A DNA stretch of 64,000 bases, from the NCBI GenBank assembly GCA_030704615.1, contig CM060734.1, positions 1,426,001-1,490,000 on the forward strand, read 5' to 3'. Positions 48,749 to 59,683 of the stretch are shown here, piece by piece. The first letter of the stretch is position 1, and each line of letters begins with the position of its first letter. The position numbers were made by a program, and so were the translations under genes. The DNA comes from Takakia lepidozioides (lineage: Eukaryota > Plantae > Bryophyta). A model generated the notes under the pieces. That model saw nothing but the letters and a program-made list of their open reading frames with translations. It ran no database searches and was not told where the DNA came from.

Positions 48749-49200
48749 AAATTGCACTCTCCCTTTCCTCTTTGCTTCTGTTTACTGTTCAAAGGTAGTC
48801 TTCCTGCCCTAACTTTAAATTTAGGTCTGGTGCCAAGAGTGGGATAGACCCTTGAGCGCATCCATGATGTCCTCCCCCATGTCACACATTGGAAACAGGT
48901 TCAGGGAAGTTTTCTTCCTAACTTCATTTTCATCGGATAATTTTCTGGTAACAGACATGGCTTTAGACACTACACTCTCTAAGTCAGGTTTATCCAGCAA
49001 GGTCAAGACTTGCGGGTCCAGATTCAGATCCTTGAGAATCTCTTTTACTCTCTTCTCCCAGGGCTCACCCTGTTTGACAGGGCGGTCATGTTTCCAAGAT
49101 ATAGAGTCAATTAACTTAGGATATCTGGTGTTGGACATATGTTGCAGCTGAACCCACCATCTGACCTTGAATTTAGGGTGTCAGGAGCTTAAAAGAGAGC
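48749..49200 (-). mobile_element. LINE ORF2 3' fragment (same family as 8420-8815)
   Basis: WWVQLQHMSNTRYPKLI...WEKRVKEILKDL...KFKVRAGRLPLNSKQKQRGKGECN. Confidence 0.65.
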
Positions 49201-49616
49201 AGCACAGAAGAGAGGGAAGATATACATGTCATGTCAAGACATGGACAAGACCGCTAAGGTCATTGTCATTGAAAGACAAAACAGCCCTTTACAGGGCACC
49301 ATCTAACATTCTCTTTCATGTTTACAATCTCATTTGAATACCCAATTACATTTCAGGGTCTCTGAAAAAACAGGGCGGGAGGGTGGGATTCCAGGTCATT
49401 CATATCATGAAAGCACCATAGTACACATCATCATCTCAAGAATCCATTTTAAACTCATTTCAAAAACCAAATTGCAGGTTTGGTTTGAAGATGATGTTTT
49501 AGAACCAAGATATAAGCAAGATTCTTAAAAAGGAGAAGAAACAACAGTGTAGAGCCCCCTTAAGCAGGTATAGGCCTAGAATGGTATTTTAAGGCCACAT
49601 AAAGTAGTTCTGCCAA

Positions 49617-52600
49617 GGTGAAAGAGCAGCTCAGAAACCCCAGTTTGTTATCAAGCCATGAAACCAAAATGATATGAGGGCCTTGAAGAATGTGTGTTAT
49701 CTATCAAAGCCTATCCTTTTGATCCATCAGAGTCATATCAAGAGTTCTCATTTCAGAGCCAAGTATCAAGGCAGTCAAAGTAATAACTGCTATTTTGTAT
49801 CCTTGTATCCTTCATAGCTAAACTCCTACACATGCAAATGTGGTTGTAAAAAACCGTAAACAGGGGTAAGGAGAGAAGCAGAGCCTCATTGGAGCAATCT
49901 TGGAGCAGGTCTGAAGCGGCATGGTGGCAGTTTGAAACAGCAGATGGCATCAGCAGCTTAGGTAGCAGCAGTATCCACACTTGCAAGAACAGGAACTGCA
50001 AGCTTCAAGAAATCAAGACAAGTGAAGACCCTCACCTGTGCCCGTCCCAAAAACCACCACATAGTGATGTGTGTTAGTGAGGATGCAGCAGGTAAGTGGC
50101 AGGTCTTCACAGTTGCTATCCATGTCAGTGTTGAATTCTAAAGCAAGTACAGATCACAATTCAAGCAATGGTAAACTCAAAAAACCTTGAGTGTTTGTGG
50201 TATGCCTGCGCCATGGCGTCCAATAGATTGTCTCCAACAGAACGCAATCAGAGTAGAAGCGTTCACAGCTAGAGAGTGGCTCATACACGAAGAGAGAGCA
50301 ACAAGTAATCTGTAGATAAATAGGGATAGAGTACTTCCCAACAAGGAGTAAAAGCGCCGCTGCAAAATAAAGAACCATGAGTTCATGATCAGAGCAATCA
50401 CGGCTTTGTCGTCTGCCATAGAAGAATCTGTTTAACCACCACTGCGCATCCCAAGAGCCAGCAATCACGAGTACCATGTAGCAGCAGGGGAGCAGGTTTA
50501 TACGGCGCATCATCAAGGTTCACTGAAGCACGAGTTCAGTGCTTGAAGTGTGTCGGCCTGCTTAGGGCAAAACTTCCCGATTTTTCATCCAGGATGGATG
50601 AAATATCACATTTTACCAAGATATGCATTTTGTCACTGGATGACATCCCATAGAAATGTATCTTTTAGGGTTATGGTATAGGTTTAGGTTTAATAACTGC
50701 CATCATTTATGATGGTAGTTTTATTATTCTCTTGGATTTTATAATAGGTAACCATTATTTATGTAGATCATCCAGTTTAGATGAAAAAAATAGATGGTAA
50801 CTCTAGCTTTCTGTATATTAAGTTTCATCATCCAATAAAATAAAATCATCCAGATTTGGATGAAAAAGGCAGGGGTGAAAAACTAAATAACCTCAAAAGG
50901 TTAAGGCCAGATGAAATCCAAAGATTTATAGAGGGAGAGGGAGAGAGGGAGAGAGAGGGAGACATCAGGGGGCAACAAAGAAAAGAAAAGAAGGTGGGGG
51001 GGGGAGTGACTGAGCAGCTGCTGCTGCTCAGTCACTCCCCCCCCACATTCTCTGTTTTTCTTTGTTGCCCCCTCTCTTGGGGAAACAAAAGGGACAAATC
51101 CTATCTCTGACAGGGACTGATGTTGGTAGTAAGACTTACATTCACATATAGAATTAATCCGGGTTTTCCAGATATCCTCTACAAATCCCTTCACACAAGC
51201 ATCAATCTGTTGTGTGTGAGTTGCCCAAAAACTAGGCCTCAGAAGGGGCTGGGCTTTTGGCTCAGCATCGACTTTTTCAAAGTTAGTAAACAGAGGTATA
51301 TGCACAATTCCCTTGATAGATTTGAAGAGAGCGTCTCTTTGGTGAGAGAACCCCGGACAGTGTATCAGAAAATGAATAATGTCTTCAGGTTGCCCACAGA
51401 CATGGTTGGACACTACAGCCTCTAAGTCAGATTTATCTAGCAGGGTGAAGACTTGCGGTTCTAGGTCCATGTCCTTGAGAATCTCTTCTACTGTCTTCTA
51501 CGAGGACTTAGCCTGTTTGACAGGTCGGTGGGCGGTCCTGTTTCCAAGATATAGAGTCGATTAACTTAGGATATCTGGTGTTGGACATATGTTGCAGCTG
51601 AACCCACCATCTAACCTTGAATTTATCTCGTCGGGAGCTTAAAAGAGAGCATCACAGAAGAGAGGGAGAGAGAGGGACAAAGAGAGGTAGTAAGACTTAC
51701 CTTCACATATAGAATTAATCCGGGTTTTCCAGATATGCTCTACAAATCCCTTCACACAAGCATCAATCTGCTGTGGCTGCCTCCCCGTGCAGTTGAATTA
51801 GAGGTTGCCAATAACGACCACATGATGTGGCACCCACATGCTAATACAGATTTATCCAGCAGGGTGAAGACTTGCGGTTCCAGGTCCAGATCCTTGAGAA
51901 TCTCTTCTACTGTCTTCTGCCAAGACTTAGCCTGTTTGACGGGTCGGTGGGCGGTCCTGTTTCCAAGATATAGAGTCGATTAACCTAGGATATCTGGTGT
52001 TGGACATATGCTGCAGCTGACCCCACCATCTGACCTCCCCCCCCCCCAACCCATTTTTTTTCATTGTTGCCCCCTCTCTCCCTCTCCCTCTATAACTCTT
52101 TGGATTTCATCTGACCTTAACCTTTCGAGGTTATTTAGTTTTTTATCCCAGCCTTTTTCATCCAAATTTGGATGATTTTATTATAGGGTGATGAAACTTA
52201 ATGTACAAAAAGCTGGATTTACCATCTATTTCTTTCATCTAAACTGGATGATCTACATAAATAATGGTTACCTATTATAAAATCCAAGAGAATAATAAAA
52301 CTACCATCATAAATGATGGCAGTTATTAAACCTAAGCCTATACCATAACCCTACAAGATACATTTCTATGGGATGTCATCCATTGACAAGGTGCCTCTCT
52401 TGGTAAAATGTGATTTTTCATCCACCCTGGATGAAAAATCGGGAAGTTTTGCCCTAAGCAGGCCGACACACTTCACAGCACTGAACTCGTGCTTCAGTGA
52501 ACCTTGATGGTGCGCCGTATAAACCTGCTCCCCTGCTGCTATATGGTACTCGTGATGGCTGGCTCTTGGGATGCGCATTGGTGGTTAAACAGATTCTTCT

Positions 52601-53404
52601 CTGGCAGACGACAAAGCAGTGATCGCTTTGATCAGAAACTCATGGTTCTTTATTTTGTAGCGGCGCTTTTACTCCTTGTTGGGAATACTCTATCCCTATT
52701 TATCTACAGATTACATGTTGCTCTCTCTTTGTGTATGAGCCATTCTCTATCTGTGAACGCTTCTACTCTGATTGCGTTCTGTTGGAGACGATCTGTTGGA
52801 CGCCATGGCGCAGGGCATACCACAAACACTCAAGGTTTTTTGAGTTTACCCTTGCTTGAATTGTGATCTGTACTTGCTTTAGAATTCAACACTGACATGG
52901 ATAGCAACTGTGAAGACCTGCCATTTACCTGCTGCATCCTCACTAACACACATCGTTGTGTGGTGGTTTTTGGGACGGGCACAGGTGAGGGTCTTCACTT
53001 GTCTTGATTTCTTGAAAGCTTGCAGCTCCTGTTCTTGCAAATGTGGATTCTGCTGCTGCCTATGCTGCTGATGCCATCTACTGTTTCAAACTGCCACCAT
53101 GCCACTTCAGACCTGCTCCAAGATGGCTCCAATGAGGATCTGCTTCTCTCCTTACCCCTGTTTCTGGTTTTTTACAACCACATTTGCATGTGTAGGAGTT
53201 AAGCTATGAAGGATACAAGGATACAAAATAGCAGTTATTACTCTAACTGCCTTGATACTTGGCTCTGAAATGAAACTTCTTGGTATGACTATGATGGATC
53301 AAAAGGATAGGCTTTGATAGATAACACACATTCTTCAAGGCCCTCATATCATTTTGATTTCATGGCTTGATAACAAACAGGGGTTTCTGAGCTGCTCTTT
53401 CACC
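49617..53404. repeat. Large inverted repeat with ~1.35-kb arms (~49617-50975 and ~52064-53404) and a ~1.1-kb spacer; part of the arm recurs directly at 53405-53771
   Basis: Mirror ORF pairs 49753-50001(-)/53020-53202(+) and 50154-50516(-)/52504-52866(+); direct pair 50856-51110/53668-53868. Confidence 0.95.
51118..52035 (-). mobile_element. Two internally deleted LINE 3' fragments in tandem
   Basis: ORF 50901-51470 (CGQPEDIIHFLIHCPGFSHQRDALF...VEDIWKTR); ~51425-51620 is repeated at ~51847-52035. Confidence 0.65.
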
Positions 53405-53771
53405 AGGGTGGATGAAAAATCACATTTTACCAAGAGAGGCACCTTGTCAATGGATGACATCCCATAGAAATGTATCTTTTAGGGTTATGGTATAGGCTTA
53501 GGTTTAATAACTGCCATCATTTATGATGGTAGTTTTATTATTCTCTTGGATTTTATAATAGGTAACCATTATTTATGTAGATCATCCAGTTTAGATGAAA
53601 GAAATAGATGGTAAATCCAGCTTTTTGTACATTAAGTTTCATCACCCTATAATAAAATCATCCAAATTTGGATGAAAAAGGCTGGGATGAAAAACTAAAT
53701 AACCTCAAAAGGTTAAGGTCAGATGAAATCCAAAGAGTTATAGAGGGAGAGGGAGAGAGGGAGAGAGAGGG

Positions 53772-55414
53772 ACCCACCAGCCAATCCCCTGGCATGGCAG
53801 AACCTTACGGAGTGAGTGTGGTATGCACTCACCCCGTAAGGGAGTGCATACCAGACCTCTTCTCATAAGGTTTTCCCTCTTCCATGTAGTTCTATCCTCA
53901 GATTATATTATCCAAAGGAGTAGAATCCTACATCCTCACTTCCTCGGATCAAGAATAAAATGATGGCATAAAATGTATCATAGCAAAACTAGTATAGTAT
54001 CACTAGAAAAGAACGGAGAGTTCAATGGTGTCACTTAGCTCTGTATAAGTTTTTAGAAAGTACCTTTCAGTTCTCAATAAGCTCTTGTACAGGAAGAGCA
54101 GGCCAGGGAATGAACCACGTTCAAGGAATTTTGTCAAGATACGAGCAAGTTTTCTGGTCTTGAAACCATTCCTCCCAAGAGTGTTAATCAGAATGCTACA
54201 CTCCTTCCCAGCCAAATCAGCATTGCTGGAAATGTATAGAATAGGCACAACTTGTGAAATCACAATGTTATAAGATTGATTCACGGGCCTATTGGATAAG
54301 AACTGGATATATTGAGTGTAAGAGAAAGGAAGTAGTCTTCTCTTGTCATAATTCTGGAAATGGAACTCACCTGTGTCACTGTTTGAGACTGTAATCTGGA
54401 TATTCATGAAACAAGCTTCCAACCCCACGTATTGGGAATCGGTTTTAGTGCGTAGTAGCTCAGGTTTGATCTCCACTACATTGAGTGGGTAGATCCACCA
54501 AGGGTTGTTGCTACTTCTGTCTGCCCATGGGTCCAGGAATAGCATTGCATCATCCACATTCAGCCAGCATATATCATCAATGTATCTGAAGGCATATTTA
54601 AACATAGGCATAAGCTGGAATTGTCCTAAAGCTGCAAGCCTTAAGATGAATTTGATTTCATAAGAAAGGAAGTACATGTTGCACCATAATGGTGAGCATG
54701 AACAACCCATAGGTATTCCAGAAATCTGCTGCCACACACGGTCCCCTAAGGCGACAAAACAGTGTGACATAAGCCATTTGTGGAGCATAAATAGCTTGAC
54801 TTCAGAAAGTTCAATCCAGGTACCTGATTTTGGGGAAGACGTGCCCCATCTACTTTTTCTGAAAGTACCGTTTTTGTTGAATCCATAGAGTATGACGTGC
54901 TCGGGGGTGAGACCGATGGTGTTGCTGGAATGCAATCTTCACCACGTATTCAATGGCGTCCCCTAAGTTATCATGTCCTGTCAAAGGTATGTTTCTCATA
55001 GCATTGTGTAATGTCAGCAACAAAGATGTTATGGACTTTTTCAGGCAGGTTTAGTGTAAAGTCAGTGATGGAGTCAATAATCCAATACATAGTAGTAGAT
55101 ACTTTGAAAAATTGCTCATAAGTATCCAGCCTTGTCTTGGCCCATTCTTTTACCAATGGTAGAAGATCCATGGTAGCCCTTGTAAGAAGGCTAGCTAGTT
55201 CACTGAAAACACATTTATGGGCATTGGTAATCCATCTGTATTTTTTCTTATGTAGCTTGTAGATTCCCATAATGTAAGGTAGTCTATAGGAGGGAGCAGG
55301 TATCTCCGGAATCAGACTCTGTATTTCCACGGAGATGTTTCCTAGAACAAGGTCAGGTGGCAGCCATACCTCAGCTTGCTTGCATGGTGTAAAGTCTTTA
55401 CCCATCAATCTGTG
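53772..55414 (-). mobile_element. 3' half of the Penelope-like element (RT core, thumb and 3' UTR with overlapping hairpins)
   Basis: LPYIMGIYKLHKKKYRWI, ADITQCYE, QQISGIPMGCSCSPLWCNMY, FRYIDDI, YDKRR...SNRP...ISQV; flanked by TSD GAAGG at 55415-55419. Confidence 0.88.
54003..55414 (-). pseudogene. PLE reverse transcriptase core and thumb; no C-terminal GIY-YIG seen
   Basis: ORFs 54971-55498 (part) and 54003-54935, joined by frameshifts near 54990 and 54880. Confidence 0.85.
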
Positions 55415-55419
55415 GAAGG

Positions 55420-56630
55420 TGTTAGAGGACTGTCTCGGACTTAGACACTTATACGGGATCTGTGGAGTACCCTTAATTTTTGCACAGACTGAGACCAACA
55501 GGAGCCTTAGGGGTGACAGCAGCGCACTTTAGGGGGGGGGTTACACAGCCCGTCACAGCCAACACAGCCGACACAGCCAGACACAGTCAACACAGCTCAT
55601 CACAGCCCGACACAGCCCGTCACAGCCAACACAGCCGACACAGCCAGACACAGTCAACACAGCTCGTCACAGCCCGACACAGCCCATCACAGCCAACACA
55701 GCCCGACACAGCCAGACACAGTCAACACAGCTCGTCACAGCCAACACAGCCCGTCACAGCCGACACAGCCAGACACAGTCAACACAGCTCGTCACAGCCC
55801 GACACAGCCCATCACAGCCAACACAGCCCGTCACAGCCGACACAGCCACACAACCAGTCACAGCCCGACACAGCCGGTCACAGCCGGTCACAGTTTCACA
55901 CAGCCAGTCACAGCTTGACACAACTGTCACGACCATAGGGAACGGATAGCAGGACAGGGAACGACAGTGGGGAACAACACCTGCAAATGGAACATGTTAG
56001 TTCACGGACGACGGTTAGTGAGGGAAACGGTTAGAACAACAGGTAGGAAAATAAAGCTAGAAGCAAGGACTGAAAGGGGGATGATTCTTGGAGCACTTCG
56101 GGGGGGGGGGGGGAATCACTGCTGGAAGGAGTGGGAGGAGCACTTCTTGGGGGAGACTTCGGACATCACTTGGGGAAAGGAGGAGAGAGCGTATCTCTGA
56201 GCAGAAAGATGGAGAGCACGGAGTAGGAGGAGGATCTATTGATGCTTAATGAATGCAAGCAGTAGAATTGTAATGTAGAGCAGATTAGAGACTCCATGGC
56301 TTCAGCCTGATACTTGATAGATATTAATCTGATACACACTTCATACTCACACTGTGTAGAGTGATCTGAGTGAAGCTGTGGAATGAATGGATGAGTTGAT
56401 GGAATCCGATAAATTGATGAAGCAAACTGATACTTAATTACCATCAGAAAGGTAACTAGCTAACATGAATGCGGGAAGGAAAACAAATAGGAAACACCCC
56501 CATGATACACTAGCTGTAGGTCATGACTGATTGTTCTGAGCGGGCTGAGTACTTAGAGATTTCCAACTCTTCTATCTTGGAGTTTCCGCCTCAGATAGCG
56601 AAGGGATGGGTGAGTAAAAGCCGCGCGACA
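55420..56630 (+). repeat. 5' LTR (1211 bp, TG...CA) with CACAGC-type tandem repeats at ~55545-55930
   Basis: TGTTAGAGGAC...CCGCGCGACA, preceded by TSD GAAGG. Confidence 0.95.
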
Positions 56631-56632
56631 TT

Positions 56633-56651
56633 TGGCGACCATACTGGGGAC
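56633..56651 (+). promoter_or_regulatory. Primer-binding site, probably tRNA-Arg
   Basis: TGGCGACCATACTGGGGAC two bases after the LTR; resembles the Arg PBS of Ogre/Tat-type elements. Confidence 0.75.
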
Positions 56652-56671
56652 TGGGTCATGAACAACCAGAT

Positions 56672-57217
56672 GTGACAGGCATCTGGTGGGATCATGGTGG
56701 ATGGAGAATTAAAGAATTTGATGTGAATCAAATTCCTTGTGAAACTGAGAAGGAAAGATTGTCCAAACGATTCTTCCAGAGGTTTTTGGAATTGCCAGAC
56801 GGTTGTAAAGAAAACATTCTTAAAAGAGTGCATGATGCTGACCCAGAGTGGGGTCTGAAGAAAGGAGTGATAAAGATTTATCAGGTGGCCTGTAGAGGAA
56901 GAGCACGTTGGTTACCAACATTGGTTTATGTGATAGCATTGCTATCCATTAAGCGAGTAGAGTTTGAAGGCTGGGAGGAAAGAAAGGTGAATGTTTATAC
57001 TCATATGCATGAAGAGCTTGTACTGGTAAAGAATTGGATTCCAAAGGATATTTTGTGGATCAAACTCACACCAAGAACAGCTTTTCAGACTTGTTTGCCA
57101 TATGGTTATATGGTAACGGAGACTTCAAGTATAGCCAAGGGTGCATTGAAGCTTGAAAGAAACCCAGGCATATACGAGAGATATTACAGAAGAGAGTTTT
57201 GGTTATTGCCACATTAA
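56672..57217 (+). CDS. Extra ORF upstream of gag, unknown function (181 codons)
   Basis: Uninterrupted, non-repetitive frame between PBS and gag. Confidence 0.5.
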   Translation: MTGIWWDHGGWRIKEFDVNQIPCETEKERLSKRFFQRFLELPDGCKENILKRVHDADPEWGLKKGVIKIYQVACRGRARWLPTLVYVIALLSIKRVEFEGWEERKVNVYTHMHEELVLVKNWIPKDILWIKLTPRTAFQTCLPYGYMVTETSSIAKGALKLERNPGIYERYYRREFWLLPH

Positions 57218-57665
57218 AAAGAAATGAAAGACATGGGACATGAGTGATGAAAGAGAAGCTAGACGCCAGAGATATTCAGCAAAAAGAGAAAGCTATCTGA
57301 AAGCTAATTATCCATATCTTTGGGAGAGAGGAATAGACATAGGGAATCATCTGGACCTCTCACACCATTAAGATCAAAGAGTACATCACCCATACCGGAA
57401 GAACTAGAGTTGGATGCCACTCCTTCTGTTTCTTTGCAAGAAAGATTAAGGGAATTGGTACGGGAAGAAGATCAATCACGAGGTGAAAGATCTGAGGTAC
57501 ATCCCTGGATAAAAGATTTGATATAAATCTTTGATAAGAGTTGGCATGGAACACCAAAAGCAGGAACTCCAGTTTCTGAAGCGGAAGGTGAAGAAGGAGG
57601 AGAGGATGTGGCAAAGCCAACGGAGAGTTCAGACTCTCCAACACCATTGCAGTTGAGTTACATGA

Positions 57666-59675
57666 GTGAAGAAGAAACCCAAGGGCAGAACTTGGAGGAT
57701 GAAAACAAAGAAGAAATTGGAAGAGGAAGAATATGAAGAAGTAGACCCAACAGCTGAGGTTGAGACTACAACCAGGACATCCCAACCCGTTGGACCTGGA
57801 TCAAGTGGAGCACTTGGATCACAGGCCAACGAAGGTGTCGGCTCAGGGGGATCAGGCGGGCTGCCTGGATCTGGCTCTGGGGGGACAGGGAGTGTGGGAA
57901 GTAGTGCAACTGAAGCTGGGAATACTGTGAATATCGTGGGACCAGAAGCAGGGAGTGCTCAAGGGCCACCACTTGGTGGAAGATCCACCACAACAACAAC
58001 AGGTCCAGAAGGACCAGCACCAGCAAGGGTGCCAGCACCTGTCAGTGGGCAGAAAGTAGGGCCACAGATGGCGTTACAACCAACACGGGCAAAACCACCT
58101 TTTCCAATATATTCAGGAAAAGGGGATCCCGATGTACACATTAGCCAATTTGAGCACATGTGTATAGTAAACAATGAGAATGGTGATGATGCCAAGATGA
58201 GATTGTTTCCTTGTTCACTTATAAAGAAAGCAAGTGAATGGTATGCAAGATTCCCTGATAATCATTTCCTAACCTGGAATGGCTTGAATACAACATTCCG
58301 AAATAGGTTCAGGACAAGTAAAACTGAGGATGAAGTGTATGGAAGTTTACAACAGTTAAAGCAAAAGAAGCATGAAACTGTTGAGGAGTATATGGAAAAG
58401 ATGGAATTGATGATGAAAAAGCTGGCTGCAGTACCAGCACCAGGGTTACAGAAGACTTGGTTTGTGAGTGGACTAAGACCAGAGTTGCAAAAGAAAGTGG
58501 ATATGTTACCCCATAATACAGTGGAGGAGGCATTTGAAACTGCAAACAGAATTGAGCAATTGGGAATGCTCAGGAGAGAGAAAAGGGATGATGAGGACTC
58601 TGAGGATGAGTCAGATGAAGAAGAAGAGCAAGAACTAAAAAAGAAGAGTAATAGAAAGGAGAAGTTGAAGAGGGATAACTATGAGAAAAGATTGGAAGAA
58701 ATCTTGAAGAAGTATGCCACAGAGGCTGCAACACATTGGAGGAAGGGTGTATGGTGTGCAAAGTGCCAGAATGAAGGCCATACCACCACAGAATGCCACA
58801 TGAAGGAGAAACACTGTACTATCTGTAAAATGGATAACCATTCTATGAGAATTGTTACTACAACAGAAGGACAGTTGCAAGAGAACCTAGGCAAGTAAGG
58901 GTGCATCAGGTGCAGCCCCAGCCAAGAAGAAACAATGATCAGGACCACTATGGTAGGTCTGGTGGTTATAACAATGGCATGGAAGGGAGAGGTAATTCAA
59001 GAGGGAATTACCAAGGAAATTCCAGAGGCAACTATCAGGGTAATCCAAGGGGAATTACCAGCCCGGAATCAGGATTACAGAAATAATCCAAGAGCAGACC
59101 AAGGGCGAGGACCCAATGGTGAAGAACTATGTTACTATTGTAATCAACCAGGACATCGCAAGGCAGCCTGTTCATTCTGGATTAGACACCAGAATGAGAT
59201 GAGAGCTCTTGTGAATGAGGGCCCAGTGGTGGCAGCTCACATGGTTAGGCCATGTGTTGTACCAGAAGTAAGTACAATGATAGTAACAAGAAGTAAAGCC
59301 AAACTAACACCTCCAGTAGTAGAGGAAGAAGATGATAATGAAGGTGGCAGTGATATGCCTGAAGATGATGAGGCTTGGAGAGATGAGAAGGAACTGCACA
59401 AGGAAGTGGCAGATACCATAAGGGAAATGCAGAAGAGTACTGATATTCCTGTGGCAGATTCCTCTGATTCTGATGGAGAAGAAGAAGTGAGTGAGGATGA
59501 AAGGACGAAAGAAGATGCAGACATGCAAAGTAATGAAGAGACTTTGGCTGAAGTAATATGCCAGACCAAAGCAGAGATTACCATTGGACAGCTATTGGCT
59601 GTGGCACCTTATTGTAGGCACAGGCTGTATCAAACAATCAATCGATTGCCCAGGAGACAGGAAACACAGACCTGA
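57666..59675 (+). pseudogene. Gag with several CCHC zinc knuckles (frameshifted near 58850-59060)
   Basis: FPIYSGKGDPDVHISQFE...LFPCSLIKKASEWY...TWNGL; CAKCQNEGHTTTEC; CYYCNQPGHRKAAC. Confidence 0.88.
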
Positions 59676-59683
59676 ACAGCAAG

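Noticed and set aside
50154-50516. Hydrophobic ORFs in the inverted-repeat arms (also 52504-52866)
   Set aside because: The two arm copies shift frame relative to each other and show no recognisable domain.
53860-53910. Hammerhead ribozyme in the PLE 3' UTR (CTGAGGA...GAAA on the minus strand)
   Set aside because: I could not build stems II and III around the core; an Infernal scan would be needed to revisit this.
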